Shown here in pieces: positions 20,201 to 29,039 of a stretch of 46,245 nucleotides of DNA. Made by a program: the position numbers and the translations under genes. Position 1 is the stretch's first letter. The number at the start of each line of letters is the position of its first letter. Under the pieces are notes generated by a model that worked only from the letters and a program-made list of their open reading frames with translations, searched no databases and was not told the origin of the DNA. Source of the stretch: Limisphaerales bacterium (GTDB lineage Bacteria; Verrucomicrobiota; Verrucomicrobiia; Limisphaerales; BOG-1460); the NCBI GenBank assembly GCA_003159675.1, contig PLQC01000074.1, forward strand, positions 1-46,245. The letters are read 5' to 3'.

Positions 20201-20287
20201 GAGGATGTCCGAGGCAGTTTCTCAATCACCCCCGCGCCGGAACGCGGTGCGGTAGTCCGGCTCCGCGTGCCGATCGAGAAACCCTGA
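17279..20287 (+). CDS. large sensor histidine kinase with periplasmic two-component-regulator beta-propeller repeats and Y_Y_Y domain, HisKA_3 type
   Basis: A signal peptide is followed by many W/G-rich propeller repeats (LWLGT, LWVGT, LWIGT, GGLNRL). A Y_Y_Y-like segment (YRFHVIAANEDGKWNE) follows, then a TM helix (WWFLGLNSALLLSVLILVV), a HisKA_3 H-box (RIARDLHDQLGANLTQV) and an HATPase domain. The protein is 1002 aa. Confidence 0.85.
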   Translation: MMLLNSWGRTVACLALGGWFLGILSGAGAASQADSPYIVERVPEEWLPQSSVIAITQTHDGYLWLGTLNGLVRFDGMQCTVFTEANTPGLNSSQIVCLHEDSRSNLWVGTSSAGIALIGNDGSVRALKASGADGSARLTSIFEDSNGTVWLNTVDGQVARYQHNQLEVLSVRARPITAEKSGLLWLTVWVDGEQRLSGITCLSNSSTFALQCELPVRKVDYLLAGKSGGFWCLADGRVQKWTNGRLDRDLGPYPWASVVVNAACEDQDGNLIVGTQGAGVFWYDSQGKADHISGAQGLSHDTVLSLCMDREGDLWVGTDGGGLNRVRRKLFSVQDGSLGLNIRSVSSDGQGGLWFANFGGKLNHLGNGGLEHYGVTEGLLDSNIRSVLADGSNVWAGTTFWGIFSLHGNVFRQVLGQPASVNPFVSALWQGRDGRLWAGTQAGLGCWDGHAWKVFTTRDGLSANDVRAIAENSKGDLFIGTVGGGLNRLRDGHYASVSQPNVLSTNDSISSLFMDDNNVLWIGTSGGLVRFDGARWTSYGNTARDGLLKNRIGYLLEDGQGYLWIGSYAGLMRISKKSLNDFAEGLIRDVPFRVYGKADGLPTRECAQDSQPAAARTPDGKLWFATIKGLVFVDPSELKPNPFLPPVVIESVRVDDQEQNTNALYPALLAPVTLPANKERLEIQYTSLNLAAPDRAQFRYRLEGHETAWTDAGGTRVARYSNLPPGHYRFHVIAANEDGKWNETGAALAVTVLPPFWRTWWFLGLNSALLLSVLILVVRYASTQKLQRQLATLRQQEALDKERARIARDLHDQLGANLTQVTLLSEMADADRHLPDEVGAHAQQIAQTARETTRALDEIVWAANPLNDTLEGLITYACKYAQDYFAMAGLSYRLDVPTDLPRIDIPPELRHNIFLAFKEAVNNVVKHAHASEVWIRLVIQDRGFTIEIQDNGLGLGSLDQKTGRNGLRNMRKRMEDVRGSFSITPAPERGAVVRLRVPIEKP

Positions 20288-20294
20288 ACAAAAA

Positions 20295-20921
20295 ATGAGC
20301 CTCACGGTTTCCATTGTTGAAGACAATGACAAGCTGCGCGAGACGCTGGCTCGCGCCTTAAACCGCGCCGAAGGATTCCGCTGCCCCAGCCAATACGCAA
20401 ATGCCGAGGACGCCTTGAAAGGGCTGCCGAAGGACCCTCCGAATGTGGTCCTCATGGACATCAACCTGCCCGGAATGAACGGGGTCGATTGCGTCCGCCA
20501 CCTCAAACACCTCCTGGCTGAAACACAAATCGTGATGCTGACGGTGTACGAGGATACGGACAACATCTTCAATGCGTTGAAGGCCGGCGCGACGGGTTAC
20601 ATGCTCAAACGCACAACCCAGGCGGAATTGCTCGAAGCCATCCGCGAGGTGCACCGGGGAGGCTCGCCGATGACGACCCACATCGCCCGCAAAGTCGTCC
20701 AAGCCCTTCAACATGTTTCGCCGACCGCCCTGCCGGCCGAGATCCTCTCTCCCCGCGAACAGGAAGTGCTCGATTGCCTGGCCAGGGGCTTCCTTTACAA
20801 GGAAATCGCCGAGAAACTTGGCATCAGTTACGAAACGGTCCACACCTACATCCGCCGAATTTACGAGAAACTCCAGGTCCGAACACGCACGGAAGCCGTC
20901 GCGAAGTTCCTCCGACGTTGA
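20295..20921 (+). CDS. NarL/LuxR-family response regulator
   Basis: A receiver domain (IVEDNDKLRETL...VLMDINLPGMNG) is followed by a C-terminal LuxR HTH (EILSPREQEVLDCLARGFLYKEIAEKLGISYETVHTYIRRIYEKL). It starts 8 nt after the kinase stop. Confidence 0.85.
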   Translation: MSLTVSIVEDNDKLRETLARALNRAEGFRCPSQYANAEDALKGLPKDPPNVVLMDINLPGMNGVDCVRHLKHLLAETQIVMLTVYEDTDNIFNALKAGATGYMLKRTTQAELLEAIREVHRGGSPMTTHIARKVVQALQHVSPTALPAEILSPREQEVLDCLARGFLYKEIAEKLGISYETVHTYIRRIYEKLQVRTRTEAVAKFLRR

Positions 20922-21211
20922 GACCCGCTCGAAAGGTGAATCCCGATGCCCGTAATTTGGGGAAAGCTCCTTGTGATATGTGTTGCAATTGATTGCCGTG
21001 ATGTGGTTTATGACAATATCGCTCTGTCACCAGTACTGGTGACTAGCAGGAAATTTGGGAATTGGTATTGTGATCGCGTCGTTGCGATGCAGAAATGCAG
21101 TTGATCGTGTGTGATGGAACGGCGTATGTCTGTGGCGCCGCATCGAATGGTGGGTGTTAGTGGTCAGCGCAAGCCACTCAAAAAGCCCTGAAGCGCTTTG
21201 TTCTCGGAGAA

Positions 21212-21242
21212 GGCCGGACGAAAGTCCGGCTCTTCTTTTTTT
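21212..21242 (+). terminator. intrinsic terminator (GNRA-loop hairpin plus T-tract)
   Basis: GCCGGAC-GAAA-GTCCGGC is followed by TCTTCTTTTTTT. Confidence 0.55.
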
Positions 21243-21423
21243 CGCTGCTCCATTTCCTCCTCTTTGCAGGAAAAAACACCCGGAGGCGTTTTCTTGAAAC
21301 AAAATTGCCATCCACCGGGTTATTCCTACGAGATATGATGCGCTGCATCCCCTCAGCTTATTATGCAACAGCTTTGCATTCGCCAACCCTCCGCGCCTAG
21401 AATCCGCCGCGAACCACCAAGGT

Positions 21424-21972
21424 TTGGCCATGACCAATGCGCAACAGTTCGAGGCGTTCCTGCGAAACTACCAAAACATGGTATTTAGCACCGCCATGCG
21501 CCTGCTCGCCAACCAAACCGAAGCCGAAGATGTCACGCAGGAGGTCTTTCTCAAGGCATACCAATACTTCGACAGAATCTGCGCCAGTCCGACCGCCGCC
21601 GGCTGGCTCAAAACCGTGGCCACGAATTTAAGTCTGAATCATCTCACTCGCTACCGGTCGCGCTGGAGTTTTTTTTCGGAATTGTCGCTCTCCGGCCGGG
21701 ATGAAAGCCGGGAATTGGAATTCCCCGCGAACGAAAATGTCGAAGAAGAGATGGACAAGGCTGAGCGATGCGCCCTGGTCGAACGGGCCCTGCAGGCATT
21801 GCCCGCCCCTCAACGTGTCCCGCTGGTGCTCTTCCACTTCGAAGAACTCTCTTACGATGAAATCGCCGAAAAGCTCGGCGTATCGCTCGGCAAAGTGAAA
21901 ACCGACATCTTTCGCGGACGCGAAGCCTTGCGAAGGAAGCTCCGCCTCAAGTTGGGATCGGGAGAGCCCTGA
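21424..21972 (+). CDS. ECF-type RNA polymerase sigma-70 family factor
   Basis: There is a Sigma70_r2-like segment (DVTQEVFLKAYQYFDR..AAGWLKTVATNL) and a region-4 HTH (EELSYDEIAEKLGVSLGKVKTDIFRGREALRRKL). The protein is 182 aa. Confidence 0.85.
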   Translation: MAMTNAQQFEAFLRNYQNMVFSTAMRLLANQTEAEDVTQEVFLKAYQYFDRICASPTAAGWLKTVATNLSLNHLTRYRSRWSFFSELSLSGRDESRELEFPANENVEEEMDKAERCALVERALQALPAPQRVPLVLFHFEELSYDEIAEKLGVSLGKVKTDIFRGREALRRKLRLKLGSGEP

Positions 21973-21981
21973 CCCTGCCGA

Positions 21982-22458
21982 ATGAACGCGGATTACGAAA
22001 AGCAGTTGGAAGCCGGCATCAGCCGGGAGCTGAAGCGTTTGCCGGAATTGGCCGCGCCGGATTCACTCGTGACCAGGATCATGTCGGTCCTCGATCGGCG
22101 CTCGCGATCTCCTTGGTACCAACGTTCCTGGCAGACATGGCCTCCGGCTTTGCGCTGGACATCTTTCGCCGTCCTCCTGGCGCTGTTTGCCGGCTTTTGC
22201 GTGGCTGGCTCCGAAATGGCGCACTCCCGGACATCCCAGCTCGCCATGCGCAGAATGGAGGAGCATCTTTCAGGACTTGCCACGATCGGGAACACGCTGG
22301 AGGCGCTCGCCGGTTCGGGGGTCCTGGTGTTGAAGAAGTTTGGCGCGAGTTTTCTCATCTCCTGCTCGGTGGCACTGGCCCTTGGTTGCTCTCTGTGCCT
22401 TGCGGCCGGCACAATTTATCTGCGACTCGCGTTCGCAAAACACGAAAAGGCTTTATGA
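21982..22458 (+). CDS. putative membrane-anchored anti-sigma factor
   Basis: This is a 158-aa protein immediately downstream of the ECF sigma gene. It has an N-terminal soluble segment and two hydrophobic helices. Its stop overlaps the next gene's start (ATGA). There is no Zn-finger CxxC, so the assignment rests on position only. Confidence 0.45.
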   Translation: MNADYEKQLEAGISRELKRLPELAAPDSLVTRIMSVLDRRSRSPWYQRSWQTWPPALRWTSFAVLLALFAGFCVAGSEMAHSRTSQLAMRRMEEHLSGLATIGNTLEALAGSGVLVLKKFGASFLISCSVALALGCSLCLAAGTIYLRLAFAKHEKAL

Positions 22459-24188
22459 TGACAAATCCAAAGCGAATCTGGTTGGTGTTGTTTGCCGCCG
22501 CCTGCTGCCTCCGGCTCGCGCCGGCTGTCCCTGCCCGGGACGCGAATGCAAACGTTTCGACAAACAACCCCGCGCCCGGCCAGGCGTCCGCCGGCGTCCT
22601 TGCTCCTTCCTCCAATGCGTCCGCTGAGTTGCTCACAAACGAGCCGGCTGTGAACGAAGATGGCGAGACGCCGTATGAACCGCGCCAGATTGTGCTCATG
22701 GGGCAGAATGCGGAATTGAAAGCCGGCGAAACGGCCGATGCAGTGGTCGTCATCGGCGGCTCGGCAAAAATCCACGGGAAAGTCAGGAACGCCGTCGTCG
22801 TAATCGGGGGCACTCTCGAAGTGGACGGCGAGGTGGGAGATGCGGTCGTAGCCGTTCTGGGCAATGTCAGGCTGGGAAAGGGAGCCCTCGTGCACCGGGA
22901 TGCCGTCGCGGTCCTGGGCGGTGTCGCGGTCGCCCCGGGAGCGGTGGTGGAACATGATGCCGTCTCCGTTGGAGGCAAACTCGACATCGCCGAAGGGGCG
23001 GTGGTTCATGGCCAGAGGGTGAATGTGCGCTCGCCGATCGCGTGGCCCAGCCTCGAATGGCTCCGGAAGTGGTTCAGGTATTGTGTCCTGGAGCTTCGCC
23101 CGCTGGCCCCGCAGGTCGGATGGGTCTGGATTGTCGCGGCCATGTTCTTCGTGGTTTATCTCCTGGTGGCCGCCGTGTTCCCGCGCCCGGTCCAGGTGTG
23201 TGTGGACGAACTCACCCGGCGTCCGGCCACCACGTTTTGCCTGGGGTTGCTGACAAAGCTCCTCGTGCCGGTGGTGCTGTTGCTCCTCGCAGCCACAGGC
23301 ATCGGCTTGATTGTCGCGCCTTTTCTGATCGCAGCCGTCTGCTTCGGAGCGGTGATAGGCAAAGTCGCCATCCTTGAATGGCTGGGATTGAGGATAGGAG
23401 GCCGTCGGGGAGGCGTGCTTCAAAAGCCTCTCGTGGCCTTTCTGATCGGCTCAATTCTTCTCACCCTGCTCTACATGGTGCCCATTCTGGGGCTGACCGC
23501 GTATGCCATCACCAGCGTCTGGGGCCTGGGTTGCGCCGTCACCGCAGGCTTCCGCCGCCTGCGCAGGGAAATACCCGACAAACCAATCACACCGGCCCCA
23601 CCGTTTGGATCGCCACCCACCATGCCCGCTCCAGTTCCGTTTCAGCCTGTGACCGCGCCAGTCTTCCCATCGAGCGCCGTCCCGACGCCGGGCGCTGCAC
23701 CCATGCCTGATCTCGCGGCTGCCCAACGCCTGGCCCCGCCTCTGATTGTGCCACCGCCCGGGATGGCGGGGGTCGCGCCTCCCCTCCAACCGCCGCTCCC
23801 GCCCCAGTTGCTGTCGTTTCCACGGGCCGGCTTCTGGGAACGCATGGCCGCCGCGTTTCTTGACATCGTCATCGTGGGCGTTCTCAGCGCCATCGTCGGC
23901 GGACTGCCTCTCGGTTTCATTGTCGCCCTGGCCTATTTCGTCGGAATGTGGACGTGGAAAGGGACCACGATCGGCGGCATTATTCTCAAGCTCCAGGTCG
24001 TGCGCACGGATGGCGCGCCTCTGACCTTCGTCGTCGCCCTCGTGCGCGGCCTGGCCGCGGGTCTTTCCGTCTTCGTATTTTTCCTGGGGTTCCTGTGGAT
24101 CGCGTGGGACAACAGCAAACAGGGATGGCACGACAAAATTGCCGGAACGGAGGTGGTGCGTCTGCCCCGTGCCACGCCGCTTGTGTAA
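22455..24188 (+). CDS. multi-domain membrane protein: signal peptide, bactofilin-like beta-helical repeats, TM region, proline-rich linker, C-terminal RDD domain
   Basis: It starts at MMTNPKRIWLVLFAAACCL. The repeats DAVVVIGGSAKIHGKV / NAVVVIGGTLEVDGEV / DAVVAVLGNVRLGKGALV / DAVAVLGGVAVAPGAVV / DAVSVGGKLDIAEGAVV resemble bactofilin (polymer-forming cytoskeletal) repeats. They are followed by four or more TM helices and a linker (PITPAPPFGSPPTMPAPVPFQPVTAPVFP...). An RDD-like block follows (RAGFWERMAAAFLDIVIVGVL...WHDKIAGTEVV). Confidence 0.6.
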   Translation: MMTNPKRIWLVLFAAACCLRLAPAVPARDANANVSTNNPAPGQASAGVLAPSSNASAELLTNEPAVNEDGETPYEPRQIVLMGQNAELKAGETADAVVVIGGSAKIHGKVRNAVVVIGGTLEVDGEVGDAVVAVLGNVRLGKGALVHRDAVAVLGGVAVAPGAVVEHDAVSVGGKLDIAEGAVVHGQRVNVRSPIAWPSLEWLRKWFRYCVLELRPLAPQVGWVWIVAAMFFVVYLLVAAVFPRPVQVCVDELTRRPATTFCLGLLTKLLVPVVLLLLAATGIGLIVAPFLIAAVCFGAVIGKVAILEWLGLRIGGRRGGVLQKPLVAFLIGSILLTLLYMVPILGLTAYAITSVWGLGCAVTAGFRRLRREIPDKPITPAPPFGSPPTMPAPVPFQPVTAPVFPSSAVPTPGAAPMPDLAAAQRLAPPLIVPPPGMAGVAPPLQPPLPPQLLSFPRAGFWERMAAAFLDIVIVGVLSAIVGGLPLGFIVALAYFVGMWTWKGTTIGGIILKLQVVRTDGAPLTFVVALVRGLAAGLSVFVFFLGFLWIAWDNSKQGWHDKIAGTEVVRLPRATPLV

Positions 24189-24317
24189 ATTTCCTTTTCA
24201 TCAGCCGGAATGCCCTTATCTTGGAGGACTAAACCTGGTGAGTGACAGGTGATAGGTGACGATTCGCGGTAGGATTCGGGTCACTTGCACCCGGCGCTCG
24301 TCGTATGATTTTTCAGA

Positions 24318-26108
24318 ATGGACGCGGCGCACATTAGAAACTTCAGCATCATTGCCCACATCGATCATGGGAAGACGACCCTCTCGGACAGGCTCCTGCA
24401 TCGTACCGGCACCATCTCGACGCGCGAGATGGAAGATCAGTTGCTCGATTCCATGGACTTGGAGAAGGAGCGGGGGATCACCATCAAGGCACATCCCGTC
24501 ACGATGCTCTATCAGGCCGCGAACGGCGAGACTTACGAGTTGAACCTCATCGACACCCCGGGGCACGTGGACTTTTCCTACGAGGTTTCGCGCAGCCTCA
24601 GCGCCTGCGAAGGCGCCCTGCTCGTCGTCGATGCGGCCCAGGGTGTCGAGGCGCAAACGGTCGCCAACGTGCACCTGGCGATGAAGCAGAACCTCGCCAT
24701 CATCCCCGTCATCAATAAGATCGATCTGCCTCACGCCGACGTGGCCCAGGCAAAACAGCAGCTCGAAGACATCCTGGCGATACCCGGCGACACCGCCATC
24801 AAGGCCAGCGCAAAGGAAGGCATAGGCATCGATGAGATCCTCGAAGCCATTGTGGCGCGAATTCCAGCGCCCAAAACGAACGTGCCGTCCTCGCTCCAGG
24901 CCCTGGTGTTCGATTCGTATTTCGACACCTACAAAGGAGTGGTCATCCACGTTCGCGTCTTCAGCGGCGAACTCAAGCCGGGAATGCAGGTCAAGCTGCT
25001 GCATTCGGGCAAAAACGTTGAGGTGAAGGAAGTCGGGAGCTTCAACCCGAAGCCCTACGTCCGGGCCAAACTCGAGGTCGGCGAGACCGGATACATCACC
25101 GCCAATATCAAAAGCCCCCAGGAAGTGAAGATGGGCGATACGATCACGGACGCGCGCCACCCCGCGACGGTGCTTCAGGGCTTCAAGGAAATTCATCCGA
25201 TGGTGTTCAGCGGGATTTACCCGATCAACACCGCGGATTACGAACACCTGAAGTCCAACCTCGCCAAGCTTCAATTGAACGATTCCGCGTTCGTGTTCCA
25301 GTCCGAAACATCGGTGGCGCTCGGTTTCGGCTTCCGCTGCGGATTCCTTGGCCTGCTCCACCTGGAAATCGTCCAGGAACGACTGCGGCGCGAGTACAAC
25401 ATGGACATCATCGCCACGTATCCCAGTGTCATTTACCGGGTGACGATGACCGACGGAAGCGTCAAGGAGGTCGATAACCCGGCCTTTCTGCCCGAGCCGA
25501 ATTACATTGGCAAGATCGAGGAGCCCATGGTCAAGGCGTTTGTGATCTGCCCGAATGAAAACATCGGTGACATGATGTCGTTGATCTCGGAGAAACGCGG
25601 CAACGTGGACCACACCGAGACCCTGGACGCGCGCCGCGTGATGCTCACCAGCGCCCTGCCGCTGAACGAGATCCTGATTGACTTTCACGACCGGATCAAG
25701 AGCATCACGCGCGGCTACGGATCCATGGATTACGAACACGCGGGCTATCAGGAATCCGACATGGTCAAACTCGACATGCTCGTCAATACGGAGTCGGTGG
25801 ATGCGTTCTCATGCATCGTCCACCGCGACAAGGCGGAGGGCAGGGGACGCGCCCTGGCCGCCAAGCTCAAGGAGGTCATCCCGCGCCAGCAATACGCCGT
25901 CGCCATCCAGGCCGCCATCGGCGGCAAAATCATCGCCCGCGAGACCGTGAGCGCCCTCCGCAAAGACGTCACCGCCAAATGTTATGGAGGCGACATCACC
26001 CGGAAACGCAAACTCCTGGAAAAGCAGAAGGAAGGCAAAAAGCGGATGAAATCGTTCGGCTCCGTGAATATTCCACAGGAAGCCTTCATCGAAGTGCTGA
26101 AAGCATGA
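24318..26108 (+). CDS. lepA: translation elongation factor 4 (LepA)
   Basis: [22 protein letters not shown] is the G1 motif. The full GTPase domain and LepA-specific C-terminal domain are present. The protein is 596 aa. Confidence 0.95.
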   Translation: MDAAHIRNFSIIAHIDHGKTTLSDRLLHRTGTISTREMEDQLLDSMDLEKERGITIKAHPVTMLYQAANGETYELNLIDTPGHVDFSYEVSRSLSACEGALLVVDAAQGVEAQTVANVHLAMKQNLAIIPVINKIDLPHADVAQAKQQLEDILAIPGDTAIKASAKEGIGIDEILEAIVARIPAPKTNVPSSLQALVFDSYFDTYKGVVIHVRVFSGELKPGMQVKLLHSGKNVEVKEVGSFNPKPYVRAKLEVGETGYITANIKSPQEVKMGDTITDARHPATVLQGFKEIHPMVFSGIYPINTADYEHLKSNLAKLQLNDSAFVFQSETSVALGFGFRCGFLGLLHLEIVQERLRREYNMDIIATYPSVIYRVTMTDGSVKEVDNPAFLPEPNYIGKIEEPMVKAFVICPNENIGDMMSLISEKRGNVDHTETLDARRVMLTSALPLNEILIDFHDRIKSITRGYGSMDYEHAGYQESDMVKLDMLVNTESVDAFSCIVHRDKAEGRGRALAAKLKEVIPRQQYAVAIQAAIGGKIIARETVSALRKDVTAKCYGGDITRKRKLLEKQKEGKKRMKSFGSVNIPQEAFIEVLKA

Positions 26109-26112
26109 CATT

Positions 26113-27339
26113 ATGATCCTGCAATGGCTCCTTTCACGGACAGTTCGCAGGGCGTCCGCCATGCGCAAACACGTCCGCAGAATCCTCTCGCATCAGCGCG
26201 ACGTCCTGACGCCCCAGACGATCCAGGAAGTCGAGGCGGCGATGCGGCAGATGGATGGCACCCTGGCCGGTAACGCCGACAAGGCCGCGCTCGAAAAGCA
26301 GATGGAAAGTCTGGAAGCCGTCGCCAATAAATGTTTCAAAACCTATCCCGATGCCGCCTGGCGCGAAAATGTCGAAGTGCTGCTCGTTGCCCTGACGGTC
26401 GCCATGGGCGTCCGCACTTTCTTCCTGCAGCCCTTCAAAATCCCCACCGGGTCCATGCAACCCACGCTCTTCGGCGTCACCTCGGAGAACCTGATCGACA
26501 AGCCGGACTTCAAAATTCCCGGCGGCTGGGAGCGGGTCAACGAGTGGTTTCAGGGAACCTCCTACATCCATATCGTGGCCGACCATGACGGCGAGATCCA
26601 GGGGGTTGGACGGCCGCTGCGACTCCTGATCTTCAATATCAGGCAATCAATCCTGGTCGGAGGCAAATCCTACAACATCTGGTTTCCGCCGGACTTCGGC
26701 GCGCCTCCCAACGGAACTCTGGAGGCCCGCGCAGAACTCCACCGGGGCCAGTTTTTCCACACAGGCGACGATATCATCAAATTGAAGGTCAGTGCGGGCG
26801 ACCATCTCTTTGTGGATCGACTGACGTATAATTTTCGTCCGCCGAAGCGGGGCGAGATCATCGTTTTTGAAACGCACGGAATCTACCGTCTGCCGCACGA
26901 TCAACAGGATACCTTTTACATCAAACGACTCGTGGGACTCGGCGGCGAGACGCTGTCGCTTCACCAGGACTATGTCGTCTCCGGTGTTCCAGGATTTGGC
27001 ACGCTGCCGGTGGGACACCTCGTGGTCGATGGCCGGCCTGTGACCGCCGCGACACCCCATTTTGAAAATATCTACTCGTTTTACGGCGCACCCGGGGTTT
27101 CCGGCATCGTGCCTTACCAGGAAAACCATTACTTCGGCCACGCCTTGATCTGGCTGTTCAGCCCCGGAAATGAATACGAAATCAGGCCAGACGACCTGCT
27201 GGTAATGGGCGACAACACGATGAACAGCCTGGATTCCCGCTCCTGGGGAGATTTCCCCGCCGCCAATGTCATCGGCAGGGCCTTCTCAGTCTATTGGCCG
27301 GTGACGGACCGGTTCGGCTGGGGCTGCATCAATCACTAG
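26113..27339 (+). CDS. lepB: signal peptidase I
   Basis: It has IPTGSMQPTL (the Ser box), YIKRLVGLGGETL and VMGDNTMNSLDSRSWG. It is in the classic lepA-lepB arrangement. Confidence 0.9.
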   Translation: MILQWLLSRTVRRASAMRKHVRRILSHQRDVLTPQTIQEVEAAMRQMDGTLAGNADKAALEKQMESLEAVANKCFKTYPDAAWRENVEVLLVALTVAMGVRTFFLQPFKIPTGSMQPTLFGVTSENLIDKPDFKIPGGWERVNEWFQGTSYIHIVADHDGEIQGVGRPLRLLIFNIRQSILVGGKSYNIWFPPDFGAPPNGTLEARAELHRGQFFHTGDDIIKLKVSAGDHLFVDRLTYNFRPPKRGEIIVFETHGIYRLPHDQQDTFYIKRLVGLGGETLSLHQDYVVSGVPGFGTLPVGHLVVDGRPVTAATPHFENIYSFYGAPGVSGIVPYQENHYFGHALIWLFSPGNEYEIRPDDLLVMGDNTMNSLDSRSWGDFPAANVIGRAFSVYWPVTDRFGWGCINH

Positions 27340-27499
27340 ACCGTCCTGACGATCCGGAACCGGGAAAAGAAAAGGAGCGGCGGGAGGATTCGCCGCTCCA
27401 GGTTCGTTCGCACTACCCCTCTGAAATCATCTCACCGCCGAACCGCTCCCATCCTTCACGACGCCTCTCGAGCGTTCGCCAGCAACGCTGCCGGAGTTG

Positions 27500-28033
27500 T
27501 CAAATCTCGAACACGGCAGCCGGCTTCACCGCTCCGACGCTGTCCTTATGGAGCAGCGCGGTATCGATGGCTGTCAGGAGCTGCTCGTTGTCAATCGGCT
27601 TCTGAAAAAACGCGGCGGCGCCCGCAGCCGAAGCCCGCTGCTTATATTCCGCGCGATCGGCGGCGCTCATGACAATGACGGGAAGACTGCTGGCGTCCGA
27701 AAGGCGGCGGAGCCATTCGATGATGAGAAACCCGTTCCATGGCACGCCGCCGCCGTGCGCCACGTCCGGCGGAAAACAAACGTCCAGCAACATCAAGTCC
27801 GGCTTTTCCTTGCGCGTGACCGTGATCGCTTGGGAACCGTCGCTGGCCGTGACTACCTGATAACCCTTGGATTTCAGTTTGAGCGACAGAGTTCCGAGGA
27901 TGATCGGGTCGTCATCGACCAGCAAAATCTTCTTGGAGGCTTCCCGCGGTTCGGGGGCGGTCACGGACTCCGCCGTCACGCGAGCCGGATTTTGACTTGC
28001 CACTGTAGGTGATGTTTTTCTACGAAAAATCAT
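27500..28033 (-). CDS. single-domain response regulator (CheY-like receiver) with N-terminal extension
   Basis: It has KKILLVDDDPIILGT...DLMLLDVCFP...PVIVMSA receiver motifs. The protein is 177 aa. Confidence 0.75.
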   Translation of the reverse strand: MIFRRKTSPTVASQNPARVTAESVTAPEPREASKKILLVDDDPIILGTLSLKLKSKGYQVVTASDGSQAITVTRKEKPDLMLLDVCFPPDVAHGGGVPWNGFLIIEWLRRLSDASSLPVIVMSAADRAEYKQRASAAGAAAFFQKPIDNEQLLTAIDTALLHKDSVGAVKPAAVFEI

Positions 28034-28112
28034 ACCTTATAATCACTGCGGCAAACAATTCTTGCAATTCCAGTGACTACGGAATTTGACCGGGGAATTC
28101 CTTGGATGACTA

Positions 28113-28601
28113 TTATGAAAAATCCTGGTTGATGTCGCGCGGCCGCTGGGGAGATGGGCGGCTCGAATGGTGAAGGGCAGGGGATTGGGGAACGAACTGC
28201 TGCTGTGGTGCAAATGAGGATTGCCCGGAAAACTGCCATCCCGGAGTGGCGAGCCAAAACGCAGTGGTGGACTGGCCGCTTTGGAATTCGAGTCCGCCGG
28301 GATGCTCGTAAACATCCAGGATCTCAGCGTCCACAATCTGCGGCACAGCCCGGACCTGCGAAGATTCGCGGAGCTTAACCACCATTGCGGCCGAGTTCAG
28401 CAGCCGCACACAAGCCATGCACACGGCGAACACAAAAATCCCCATTATCCACGCAGAGGCGAGGCCGGGAGAAATCAGGAAGCGAATGACAGGAACCACG
28501 GTCGCGATGGCAAGAACCGAAACAAGCGTACCATCCGCCTTCTGCCTGGCCTGCCACACATCGAGGATATACCGGAAGTCGGAATTGGATCGCCCTTTCA
28601 T
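28113..28601 (-). CDS. hypothetical membrane protein
   Basis: This is a 162-aa ORF with two hydrophobic helices and a Gln/Pro-rich tail. Codon usage fits the host. No recognisable family. Confidence 0.35.
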   Translation of the reverse strand: MKGRSNSDFRYILDVWQARQKADGTLVSVLAIATVVPVIRFLISPGLASAWIMGIFVFAVCMACVRLLNSAAMVVKLRESSQVRAVPQIVDAEILDVYEHPGGLEFQSGQSTTAFWLATPGWQFSGQSSFAPQQQFVPQSPALHHSSRPSPQRPRDINQDFS

Positions 28602-29039
28602 GCCTAAACAGATACACCGAAAACCGCGATCTGAACAGTAAAATATGCCTTTAAACAGGACAAAAGTGTCCGATTACGAGTCAGTAATTTAGCGGACGGC
28701 TGCGATCTAAGCCATATCCATGCAGAAGAAAAACCAATAAACACTTTAGCGAGGCGAAGCCGGAACCAAAGGAGCGCGGGCCTGTGACCCGGAGCACATT
28801 GGACACGCAAGAAACCAAGGACGCTGGCGTAACCTTTCCACATCACAGAGATGGCCAACCCACTGCGGCTCACAGAGCCGCGCCCCGAGAATTTGGGCAC
28901 TATGCGGACATTTTTGTGGATAGACAGAAATCAGATTGAATCGCGGCAACAAAAGGCCTGAAATACAAACCCCTCGAATCAAAGCCCCTATTTATGTCTC
29001 ACAATGTATGGAAAGTAGTCAGTAGAGTTACTCATTGAC

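Noticed and set aside
22113-22454. 114-aa N-terminal extension of the bactofilin/RDD ORF overlapping the anti-sigma gene
   Set aside because: A clear signal peptide begins at MMTNPKRIWLVLF (22455) and overlaps the anti-sigma stop (ATGA). The extension overlaps the anti-sigma gene out of frame.
23378-24201. Several Pro/Arg/Gly-rich ORFs on both strands inside the RDD-protein gene
   Set aside because: These are compositional artefacts of the GC-rich proline-linker region. There is no independent support.
27373-27398. Hairpin GGAGCGGCG-GGAGGATT-CGCCGCTCC after lepB as a terminator
   Set aside because: The stem is good but no U-tract follows on either strand. It may still act as a bidirectional structure between the convergent lepB and response-regulator genes, but I did not list it as a terminator.
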